Shown here: positions 35,193 to 43,808 of the stretch, piece after piece
How the letters are laid out: each line of letters starts with the position of its first letter
Numbering within the stretch: the stretch's first letter is position 1
Origin: Candidatus Solibacter sp.
GTDB taxonomy: Bacteria > Acidobacteriota > Terriglobia > Bryobacterales > Bryobacteraceae
NCBI GenBank assembly: GCA_039934035.1
Contig: JBDTMZ010000047.1
Location: 1,600-65,599, forward strand
Reading direction: 5' to 3'
Length of the DNA: 64,000 nucleotides
Program-made: the position numbers and the translations under genes
The notes under the pieces: generated by a model
What the model saw: only the letters and a program-made list of their open reading frames with translations
What the model was told of the DNA's origin: nothing
The model's database searches: none

Positions 35193-36515
35193 ATGACCAA
35201 GAAATCTCTATTCGTGATTCCCCTGCTGGTGGGCTGCCTCGCCTGCTCCAAGAAAGAAGAGAAGGAAGTCGAGGCGCCCGCGCCCGTGCAGGTGACCGCC
35301 GTGACGCAGGACACCATCCGCCGCCTGGTGGAAGGCGATGGCATGTTGTTCGCCCGCGACCAGGCGAGCGTGATGCCGAAGCTCGCCGCCCCGGTGCAGC
35401 GCTTCCTCGTGCAGCGCGGCGACCACGTGAAGGCCGGGCAATTGCTGGCCGTGCTGGAAGGCCGCGATCTTGCCGCCGGCGAAGGCGAGGCCCGCGCCCA
35501 ACTGGCGCAGGCGGAGGCCAACCTGCGCTCCACCACGTCGGCGCAGACTCCGGACGCGCTGGTGAAAGCGCAGACTGATGCCGACACCGCGAAACAGACC
35601 GAAGACGCGGCCAAACGGCTGCTGGATAATCGCGAGAAACTCTTTCAGCAGGGTGCGCTGGCCCGCAAACTCGTGGATGAGGCGCAGGTCACCTACGCCC
35701 AGGCCCACGGAGCACTGGTTGCTGCGCAGGAGCACTTGCGCACCCTGCAAGCGGTGGGCAATCCCGAACAGATCAAGGGCGCCACCTCGCAGGTGGAAGC
35801 GGCGCGCAGCCATCTGCAATCCACCGAAGTGCAGGTGAGCTATTCCCGCATCACCAGCCCCATCGCGGGGGTGATTTCCGACCGGCCGCTCTATGCGGGC
35901 GAGATGGCGTCACCCGGAACGCCGCTGCTCACGGTGATGGATATCTCGAAGATCGTAGCGCGCGCCAACGTGCCGCAGAACCAGGCCTCTACCGTAAAGG
36001 TGGGGCAGCCGGCCACAATCACACAAGCGGGTGCGGCGGAAACGCTGGAGGGCAAGGTCACGGTAGTGAGTCCGGCGACCGACCCCAACAGCACGACGCT
36101 CCAGGTGTGGGTGGAGGCGAACAATCCGGGCGAGCGGTTGAAGCCCGGCACCAGCGTACACGTCACCGTCATGACCGAAGTCATCAAGGCGACTCCGGTG
36201 GTGCCCATCGCGGCGATTCTGCCGGGCGAGGACGGCGGCACGGCCTGCCTGGTGGTCACTCCGGACAAGGTGGCGCACCGCCGCAGCGTCAGGCTAGGCG
36301 TGCGCGAAGGCGATAAGGTGCAGGTGCTGAACGGCGTGCGTCCCGGCGAGGAAGTGGTCATCGTGGGCGGCGTCGGCCTCGACGACAAAGCCAAAGTGCG
36401 CATCGTCGATCCCACCGCCAAGGAAGCTCCGGATGAAGACGAGGACGCGGATGCCGGCGATGACAAGGGCGGCAAGGATCAGAAGAAGGACGAGGCCAAG
36501 CCGAAATCCAAATGA
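35193..36515 (+). CDS. Efflux RND periplasmic adaptor (membrane fusion protein)
   Basis: 440 aa with a lipobox-like LVGCLAC. HlyD/biotinyl-lipoyl and beta-barrel blocks (V.RGD.VKAGQLLAVLE, ITSPIAGVIS). Lys/Asp-rich tail. Confidence 0.9.
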   Translation: MTKKSLFVIPLLVGCLACSKKEEKEVEAPAPVQVTAVTQDTIRRLVEGDGMLFARDQASVMPKLAAPVQRFLVQRGDHVKAGQLLAVLEGRDLAAGEGEARAQLAQAEANLRSTTSAQTPDALVKAQTDADTAKQTEDAAKRLLDNREKLFQQGALARKLVDEAQVTYAQAHGALVAAQEHLRTLQAVGNPEQIKGATSQVEAARSHLQSTEVQVSYSRITSPIAGVISDRPLYAGEMASPGTPLLTVMDISKIVARANVPQNQASTVKVGQPATITQAGAAETLEGKVTVVSPATDPNSTTLQVWVEANNPGERLKPGTSVHVTVMTEVIKATPVVPIAAILPGEDGGTACLVVTPDKVAHRRSVRLGVREGDKVQVLNGVRPGEEVVIVGGVGLDDKAKVRIVDPTAKEAPDEDEDADAGDDKGGKDQKKDEAKPKSK

Positions 36516-39500
36516 GCGATCTGACCCTTCCTCCCGACCGCTCCCGCGAGCCCAATTCAGAAGCGCCTCACTGGACGGCGCGGCATGGCAAGCCCATCAT
36601 TTTCGTCATTCTGACCCTGGTCGCCGTGGGCGCCTACCTGGCGGCGAGCATTCCGGTCTCGGTCTTCCCGGAGACCGATTTCCCGCGCATTGTGGTGGGT
36701 GTCGATAACGGCGTGTTCCCCATCGACCAGATGCTGGTCACGGTCACGCGCCCCATTGAAGAGGCCGTGAATACGGTGCCCGGGCTGGACCATTTGTGGA
36801 GCATCACCAGCCGCGGCACGGCAGAAGTGGACCTCTTCTTCTCGTGGAATGCCGACATGCATCGCACCCTGCAACTGGTGAATGCGGCGATGGCGCGGGC
36901 GCAGTCCAACCTGCCCGCGACGGCGAAGGTCACGGTGGAACGGCTGACCTTCGCGGCGTTTCCCGTGATGGGTTATAGCCTCACTTCGGACACGGTGGCG
37001 CAGGACAAACTGTGGGAACTGGCGAACTACGACCTCAAGCCTCGCTTGAACCGGCAGGCCGGCGTTTCCAGCATCGTTCTGCAAGGCGGCCAGATCCCCG
37101 AATTCGAAGTGCAACCCGACCCCGCCAAACTGGTGCAGGCCGGAGTCACCATCCCCAATATCCTGGATGCCATCAGCCGCAGCAATATGATCGATTCGCC
37201 GGGCTTGATCGAAACCAATCATCAATTGGTGCTCAGCCTGGTCACCGGACAGGCTCGCACCGCGGGCGAGATCGGCAACATCGTCGTCAAGACGACGCCG
37301 GCGGGAGCCCCGCTGCGGATCGGCGATGTCGCCGCCGTGGGACCGAGCGTGATGCCCGTGTACACGGTGGTTACGGCGAACACCAAGCCGGCCGTGCTCT
37401 TGAACGTGTACCGCCAGCCGGACAGCAATACGGTCGTCGTGGCGGACGCCATCAAGGCGGAGATGGAGCGCATTCGCAAAGACCTGCCGAAGGGCGTGGA
37501 AATGCGGCCGTTCTACGACCAGTCGGAACTCGTGAGAGATTCCATCGACAGCGTGCGGGATGCGATCCTGATCGGCCTGGTGCTGGCCTCGCTGATCATG
37601 GTCCTGTTCCTGCGCGATTGGGGCACGTCGCTGGTGGCGGGTCTGGTGATTCCGGCCACCATCGCGGTCACGTTCATCATGCTGCGCCTGCTGAACCAGA
37701 CCTTCAATCTGATGACGCTCGGCGGCCTTGCGGCGGCCGTGGGACTGGTCATCGACGATGCCATCGTGGTGGTGGAGAACATCGTCATGCATCGCGATAG
37801 CGGCCAATCGCGCGCCGAGGCGATCCGCATGGCGATTCGCGAAATCCGCACCCCGCTGGTGGGCTCCACCATCACGCCGATTGTCGTCTTCGTGCCGTTG
37901 ATTTCCATCACCGGCGTCACCGGCGTCTTCTTCCGCGCGCTGGCGATTACCGTGGGCATGGCGCTGCTGACTTCCCTTGCGCTCGCCCTTACCTGGACCC
38001 CGACCCTGAGCCACTATTTCATTCGCAGTCACAAGCGCCATACGGAACCTCAGGGCCAGGGCCGCGCCATGCGGTTTTACCAGCGCATGCTGCGCGCCAC
38101 CCTGGAGCATCCTCTGATCCTGGTAGCCTTCTCGCTGCTGCTGATCGGCGGCAGTTATTTCTGCTACCAGCACACGGGCAGCGACCTGATGCCTGCGATG
38201 GACGAAGGCGGCTTCATCGTGGATTACATCATGCCCGCGGGTTCTTCCTTGGAAGAGACCAATCGCGTGATCACGCACGTGGAAGACATCCTGCGCAAGA
38301 TGCCGGATGTGGAAAGCACTTCTCGGCGCACCGGACTGCAATTGGGGCTCGCGCAGGTGACCGAAGCCAATACCGGCGATATCTCCGTGAAGCTCAAGCG
38401 CGACCGTAAGCTGGGCAGCGAAGAAGTAATTTCCGCCCTGCGCGACAAAATCAAGAAAGCCGAACCCACGCTGGACGTCGAGTTCCCGCAGTTGTTGCAG
38501 GATATGATCGGCGATCTCACCAGCGCTCCCGAGCCTGTGGTGATTAAAATGTTCAGCCAGGACGCGGACCTGCTGCGAAGCTGGGCGCCGCAAGTGGCGG
38601 GTGCGATCACAAAGATTCCCGGCGTGGTCGACGTGCTCGATGGCATCGAGAACACGATCAGCGGTCCCGCCACGGTATTCACGGTGGACGCCGCCGCCGC
38701 GGCGCGCGCCGGCTTCAGCACGCAGGAAGTGGAGTTGGATGCCAGCGCCATGCTGCAAGGCGAGCCGGCGCCGCCGCCCGTCATTGTGAACGACCGGGCG
38801 TACGGCATACGCGTACGCTTTCCGCAAAAAACGCGCGCCTCGCTGGAAGCCATTCAGAACACCTTATTGATTTCGGGCACTGGAAAAACAGGCACGATCG
38901 GCACGCTGGCGGCGATGAAAGAACTGCCCGGACAGACCGAAATCCGCCGCGAGAATCTGCAGCGCAACGTGCAGGTGACGGCGCGTTTCGAAGACCTCAA
39001 TCTGGGGGACGGCATGGCCAAAGTGCAGCAGGCTGTGGCCGATCTCAATCTGCCGCCCGACATCCACATACAGTACGGCGGACAATTCGAGGAGCAGAGC
39101 AGGTCCTTCAAAGACCTGGCCTTTGTTTTGACCTTGGCGATCTTACTGGTGTTCATCGTGCTGCTGTTCGAGTTCGGTAACTTCGCCGCTCCGCTGGCGG
39201 TGCTGGCGTCGGCGCTGCTTTCCACCTGCGGCGTCTTCCTGGCGCTGTTGATCACCGGAGTTACCTTCAACATCTCGTCGTTTATGGGTTTGATCATGGT
39301 GATCGGCATCGTGGCGAAGAACGGAATTCTTCTGCTCGATGCCGATCAGAAATTCCGCGCGGAAGGTCTGGGCCCCGAAGAGGCGATGATCCGCGCGGGC
39401 GAGCGCCGCTTACGGCCGATCATGATGACGGCCCTGGCCACGGTAGCGGGCATGATCCCGCTATCGCTGGCGCTGGGCGCGGGCTCGCAGATGTTACAGC

Positions 39501-39607
39501 CGCTCGCCATCGCGGTGATCGGCGGCATTCTGGCATCGATGGTGCTTTCCCTGATAGTTACTCCGGCTGTCCACTATTACATTGGCGGCCGGCATGCGAA
39601 GGAGTAA
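36512..39607 (+). CDS. RND efflux transporter permease (AcrB/HAE-like)
   Basis: 1031 aa with 12 TM segments and two large loops. TM4 motif AVGLVIDDAIVVVEN. ATGA overlap with the adaptor gene. Confidence 0.95.
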   Translation: MSDLTLPPDRSREPNSEAPHWTARHGKPIIFVILTLVAVGAYLAASIPVSVFPETDFPRIVVGVDNGVFPIDQMLVTVTRPIEEAVNTVPGLDHLWSITSRGTAEVDLFFSWNADMHRTLQLVNAAMARAQSNLPATAKVTVERLTFAAFPVMGYSLTSDTVAQDKLWELANYDLKPRLNRQAGVSSIVLQGGQIPEFEVQPDPAKLVQAGVTIPNILDAISRSNMIDSPGLIETNHQLVLSLVTGQARTAGEIGNIVVKTTPAGAPLRIGDVAAVGPSVMPVYTVVTANTKPAVLLNVYRQPDSNTVVVADAIKAEMERIRKDLPKGVEMRPFYDQSELVRDSIDSVRDAILIGLVLASLIMVLFLRDWGTSLVAGLVIPATIAVTFIMLRLLNQTFNLMTLGGLAAAVGLVIDDAIVVVENIVMHRDSGQSRAEAIRMAIREIRTPLVGSTITPIVVFVPLISITGVTGVFFRALAITVGMALLTSLALALTWTPTLSHYFIRSHKRHTEPQGQGRAMRFYQRMLRATLEHPLILVAFSLLLIGGSYFCYQHTGSDLMPAMDEGGFIVDYIMPAGSSLEETNRVITHVEDILRKMPDVESTSRRTGLQLGLAQVTEANTGDISVKLKRDRKLGSEEVISALRDKIKKAEPTLDVEFPQLLQDMIGDLTSAPEPVVIKMFSQDADLLRSWAPQVAGAITKIPGVVDVLDGIENTISGPATVFTVDAAAAARAGFSTQEVELDASAMLQGEPAPPPVIVNDRAYGIRVRFPQKTRASLEAIQNTLLISGTGKTGTIGTLAAMKELPGQTEIRRENLQRNVQVTARFEDLNLGDGMAKVQQAVADLNLPPDIHIQYGGQFEEQSRSFKDLAFVLTLAILLVFIVLLFEFGNFAAPLAVLASALLSTCGVFLALLITGVTFNISSFMGLIMVIGIVAKNGILLLDADQKFRAEGLGPEEAMIRAGERRLRPIMMTALATVAGMIPLSLALGAGSQMLQPLAIAVIGGILASMVLSLIVTPAVHYYIGGRHAKE

Positions 39608-39612
39608 GTCAA

Positions 39613-40617
39613 ATGAAAAAGGTACTGACACTCGGGTTACTGGCCCTCGCCGCATTTGGCGCCGAAGGTTACAAGATCATCAACAAAATTAAAGTCGGCG
39701 GCACGGGCGGCTGGGACTATCTGGCCGTGGACCCCGCCACGCAGCGCGTCTTCGCCTCCCACGGCGGAATCGTGGAAGTGGTGGACCTCAAGGCCGGCAA
39801 AACGGTCGGCCAGATCACCCAGCTACACGGCGTCCACGGCATCGCCGTCGCCAGCGACTTGGGCAAGGGCTTCATCTCCAACGGGCAATCCAATTCGGTG
39901 ACGATCTTCGATCTGAAGACACTGGAGAAGTCCGCGGAGCCCGCCGTGGGCGGACAAAACCCCGATGCCATCTGCTATGAGCCCAAGACGCAGCGCATCT
40001 TCACCATGAATGGCCGCTCCAACGATTCCACGGCGATCAACGCGAAGAACAACGAAATCATCGCCACCTTCCCGATCGGCGAGAAGCCGGAGAATTGCGT
40101 GGTGGATGGCGCGGGCAAACTGTACGTCAACATCGAAAATTCAAGCGAGCTCGTGGAGATCGATGCCGCCAAGCCGGCCGTCACGCGGCGCGCCTCTCTC
40201 GCGCCGTGCGAGGGACCGAGCGGGCTGGCCATCGACGTCAAGAATAAGAAGCTCTTCAGCGTATGCGGCAATAAGACCATGGCCGTTACCGACATCGCGA
40301 CCATGAAGGTGATCGCCACTCCGGTGATCGGTCCCGGTACCGATGGCGCGGGCTTCGACGCGGCCAGCGGCGACGTCTTCAGCTCCAATGGCGGCGATGG
40401 CACCATGACGGTGGTCAAGCTGGTGAACGGGAAATACGAAGCGGTGGATACGGTGACCACCGAACGCGGCGCCCGCACCATGACAGTGGACCCCACCACG
40501 CACCGCATCTATATGCTGGCGGCAGAGCAGGGGCCGGCGGCCGAGACCAAGGACGGCAAGAAGGGCCGCCCCACCATCGTGCCCGATAGTTTCCACGTGC
40601 TGGTAATCGGCAAATAA
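39613..40617 (+). CDS. Secreted YncE/YVTN-like beta-propeller protein
   Basis: 334 aa with GAAGGAG 7 nt upstream and a signal peptide. Repeated ~40-aa blades (G.GGWDYLAVD, VHGIAVASDLGKGFISN, PDAICYEP, PENCVVD, PSGLAIDVKN). Starts 6 nt after the RND stop. Confidence 0.75.
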   Translation: MKKVLTLGLLALAAFGAEGYKIINKIKVGGTGGWDYLAVDPATQRVFASHGGIVEVVDLKAGKTVGQITQLHGVHGIAVASDLGKGFISNGQSNSVTIFDLKTLEKSAEPAVGGQNPDAICYEPKTQRIFTMNGRSNDSTAINAKNNEIIATFPIGEKPENCVVDGAGKLYVNIENSSELVEIDAAKPAVTRRASLAPCEGPSGLAIDVKNKKLFSVCGNKTMAVTDIATMKVIATPVIGPGTDGAGFDAASGDVFSSNGGDGTMTVVKLVNGKYEAVDTVTTERGARTMTVDPTTHRIYMLAAEQGPAAETKDGKKGRPTIVPDSFHVLVIGK

Positions 40618-40637
40618 GCGTTACTCTGTTGGGAAGA

Positions 40638-40666
40638 GGCAGGGCCGGCCCGACACCGGTCCTGCC
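40638..40666 (+). terminator. Hairpin downstream of the efflux operon (candidate terminator, resembling repeat families A/B)
   Basis: GGCAGGGCCGG-CCCGACA-CCGGTCCTGCC is an 11-bp stem with one mismatch, starting 21 nt after the stop at 40617. There is no U-tract. Confidence 0.35.
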
Positions 40667-40734
40667 CGCTTCACGGAGATTCCCGGCTGTCCCCATCGTC
40701 CACCGAACCTATAAGCACCCGCCGGCGCTGGATT

Positions 40735-42162
40735 GTGGCGCTGGCGCTGGCAGCCGCCTGCATCGCGCTCTACTCGCAGAGCTACACGTTCGGCTTCCTG
40801 AATTTCGACGACGGCAGTTACATCACCGAGAATCAATGGGTGCGCGGCGGCTTTACCGCCGCGGGCGTGCGCTGGGCCTTCACCACCATCGATTACTTCT
40901 ACTGGCAGCCGCTGACCTGGCTCTCGCACATGCTGGATTGCCAGCTTTTTGACCTCCGCCCCGGCGGGCACCATCTGGTCAATCTGGGCTTTCACGTCGC
41001 GAATGTGCTGCTGGTGTTCGCGCTGCTGCTCCGTCTGACCGGAGCCTTCTGGCGCTCCGCAACGGTGGCCGCCTTCTTCGGCCTGCATCCCTTGCGCATC
41101 GAAAGCGTGGTCTGGGCCGCGGAGCGCAAAGACGTACTCAGCGCGCTGCTCTATCTGCTCGCCATCTGGTGCTATTTGGACTACGTGCAGCGTCCCACGC
41201 GACCGCGCTACCTGGCGGTGTGCGGCGTCTTCGCCCTCGGCCTGATGGCCAAGCCGATGGTGCTCACCCTGCCGCTCATTCTGCTGCTGCTGGATTGGTG
41301 GCCGCTGGGCCGGCGGGCATTCGAGGAGAAAGTGCCCCTGTTCGCCATGGCCGGAATTTCCAGCTTCCTCACCTCCATCGGAATGTCGCACTTTGCGGGC
41401 CTGAACTGGGCCAATACGCTGACGCTCGGCCAGCGCATTGCCAATTCGCTGCTCTCCTGCGTGAAGTACCTGGAACTCACCTTCTGGCCGCATGATCTGG
41501 CGATTCTGTACCCGTTTCGCCTCTCCGTTCCGGCCTGGCAGGCGGCGCTGGCTGCGAGCCTGCTCGCCGCAATCACCGCGTTGGCGTTGTGGCAGGCGCG
41601 CCGCCGCCCCTACCTGATCGTCGGCTGGCTGTGGTTCTCGATTGCGCTCGTGCCCGCGCTCGGCCTGGTGCAAACCGGCTGGCAGAGCATGGCGGACCGC
41701 TTCACCTACGTCCCGCATGTCGGCTTGGGGATTGCCGTGGTGTGGGGCGCGGCGGACCTACTCGCGGCGCACCGGAAAGTGGCGGCGGCGATGGCCGTCG
41801 CGGCCGCACTCCTGCTGGCCGCCGGTACCTGGCGCCAACTGCCCGTCTGGCACGACAGCGTCAGCGTCTTCCAGCGCGCCGTGGCCGTCACCGACGCCAA
41901 TTTTGCCGCTCAACATTACCTGGCCTCCGCCCTGGACGCAGAGGGACGCTTCGACGAATCCTTCAGCCACCACGCGGAAGCCGTGCGCCTCCGGCCGGAC
42001 TACGGGATCGCCGTCTTCGCCTATGGGATCGCCTTGGAACGGCGCGGCGACACCGTGGCGGCCATCCAACAATTTCGGCGCGCGGCCGTCTTCTTCCCTC
42101 ACGATCCCGACGTGCGGCGGCGTCTGGATCTGAATCTAAAGCTACTTACGGGCGCGCAGTAG
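40735..42162 (+). CDS. TMTC-like polytopic membrane protein with C-terminal TPR repeats (PMT_2/DUF1736-like)
   Basis: 475 aa. FLNFDDGSYITEN and WQPLTWLSHMLD are typical of this family. About 9 TM segments followed by TPRs. GTG 40735 is the first canonical start in the frame. Confidence 0.7.
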   Translation: MALALAAACIALYSQSYTFGFLNFDDGSYITENQWVRGGFTAAGVRWAFTTIDYFYWQPLTWLSHMLDCQLFDLRPGGHHLVNLGFHVANVLLVFALLLRLTGAFWRSATVAAFFGLHPLRIESVVWAAERKDVLSALLYLLAIWCYLDYVQRPTRPRYLAVCGVFALGLMAKPMVLTLPLILLLLDWWPLGRRAFEEKVPLFAMAGISSFLTSIGMSHFAGLNWANTLTLGQRIANSLLSCVKYLELTFWPHDLAILYPFRLSVPAWQAALAASLLAAITALALWQARRRPYLIVGWLWFSIALVPALGLVQTGWQSMADRFTYVPHVGLGIAVVWGAADLLAAHRKVAAAMAVAAALLLAAGTWRQLPVWHDSVSVFQRAVAVTDANFAAQHYLASALDAEGRFDESFSHHAEAVRLRPDYGIAVFAYGIALERRGDTVAAIQQFRRAAVFFPHDPDVRRRLDLNLKLLTGAQ

Positions 42163-42268
42163 TCTTTCCCTGCCGAAAATCACTGCGATATTAACCAAAC
42201 GGCAACCATTTATTAACGGAATCGTAATATACTCAGCTTGGTGAGTTAACTGGCTCAGGTACCAGCGT

Positions 42269-43681
42269 ATGGCACGATTCCGGATCTGTCTTCTGGTTGG
42301 ATTCGGACTCCTGCTGGCCCCGCTATCCGGTAATCTACGGGCGGCCGAGGGACCGGTGGAAGCCCCAGGCAACTTCCCTGCCCCCTCCCCCCTGCAGCGC
42401 GCCCGCCATTTGCTGCGTGCCGGTCAAACAACCGAAGCCGGAACTCTGGTGAACCAGGCGCTCGCCGGCGTGCCGGACGATTCCCTCCTCTCTCTTTCCG
42501 GCGAGATCCATTTCCGGCGCGCCGAATTCGTACAGTCCGCGGCGGATTTCCAGGGCGCGCTCGACCTCAATCCGGCCAACGCCCGCGCCTGGTGGGGCCT
42601 GGGCCGCATCGAGCAACTGCACTTCCGCACCGAAGCCGCACGCGCCTATTTCGCCAAAGCATTCCTGCTCGATCACCGCGATACCGACATCATTCTGGCC
42701 TATGCAAATTTCGTCTCCGGCCCGGCGGCCAAAACCACCCTGCTGGAAAATGTGGCCCTCCTGGCGCGCTACGAACAGCCCGAGCGCGCCGAACAAGCAG
42801 CCGCCCAGCGCACCATTCACCAGCGCTTGCAGGGCAGATCGCCGGCGCGTCTGGCGAGCCCCTACACCACCTACCATTTGCCGCTGACCGGCTTCCGGCC
42901 CAGCACCTCCGCACAGGACGGATTGCTCCTCGCTGTACGGATCGACGGCGGCAAGCCCCTGCAACTGTTGTTGGACACCGGCGCGCGCGGCATTGTCCTG
43001 AATGCCCGTGCCGGCCGCAATCTCCAATTAGAAACCGTGGTGGGCTCGCAACTGCAAGGCCTCGGCGATACCGGCGCCAGCCAGGCGCGCGTGGCCCTGG
43101 CGCGCACCGTGGCCTTCGCCGGACTGGTGCTGGAAGAATGCCTGCTCGAAATATCGGACCGCAGTCTGACGCCGGGCGCCGATGGCGTGATCGGCGCCGA
43201 CGTCTTCGAGCGCTTCAAAATCGGCATCGACGCGCACGCCGGCATGCTGCATCTGACGCCCTTCGACGCGGATCCGTCACCCGCCGCTGCCGCCACACCG
43301 GCGCTGGGAATTCGCAACCTCCTCTTGGTGCACGCCCGCATCGAAGGCGGCCGGGAGGGCCTCTTCCTGGTGGACACCGGCGCGGCCTATTCCGTGATTT
43401 CCCCCGAGTATCTCCCGCCGGCCCATTGCCTCGGGAACGCGGTGGAGGTGCAGGGTGCGCAGGGAGCCTCCAGCGCCGTTCGCCTGAGTCCGCTGACCTT
43501 CAACATTGCGGGAACCACCTTCGTCGATCGCTCCCCCGTCGCCATGGACCTCAGCGCCATCAGCCAGATCGAGGGCGTGGACATCGCCGGCATCATTGGC
43601 TATTCCACCCTGGGCCAATCGCCCTTTACGCTCGACCTGCGGCACGGCGCCGTGGAGTTTGCGCGCGCCGCTACCCGCTAA
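42269..43681 (+). CDS. Secreted TPR protein with two retropepsin-like aspartic protease lobes
   Basis: 470 aa with a signal peptide and TPRs in the first ~170 aa. Two D-T-G active-site contexts follow: LLLDTGARGIVLN and LFLVDTGAAYSVIS. Confidence 0.7.
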   Translation: MARFRICLLVGFGLLLAPLSGNLRAAEGPVEAPGNFPAPSPLQRARHLLRAGQTTEAGTLVNQALAGVPDDSLLSLSGEIHFRRAEFVQSAADFQGALDLNPANARAWWGLGRIEQLHFRTEAARAYFAKAFLLDHRDTDIILAYANFVSGPAAKTTLLENVALLARYEQPERAEQAAAQRTIHQRLQGRSPARLASPYTTYHLPLTGFRPSTSAQDGLLLAVRIDGGKPLQLLLDTGARGIVLNARAGRNLQLETVVGSQLQGLGDTGASQARVALARTVAFAGLVLEECLLEISDRSLTPGADGVIGADVFERFKIGIDAHAGMLHLTPFDADPSPAAAATPALGIRNLLLVHARIEGGREGLFLVDTGAAYSVISPEYLPPAHCLGNAVEVQGAQGASSAVRLSPLTFNIAGTTFVDRSPVAMDLSAISQIEGVDIAGIIGYSTLGQSPFTLDLRHGAVEFARAATR

Positions 43682-43808
43682 TCGCGGCCCGCGCGCCCCA
43701 GCGTACCGAAACGTGCACCCACCGCAGCAGACATGTACCGCGAAATCCCTCCCAAACGTCACCTGATATAATTCGTCTACATCCAAAACGCCAAATAAGG
43801 TGCGCCGC

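Noticed and set aside
36557-38827. 756-aa ORF on the - strand
   Set aside because: It is antisense to the RND permease, whose identity is unambiguous. The composition is low-complexity and R/H/G/D-rich. It is a shadow ORF.
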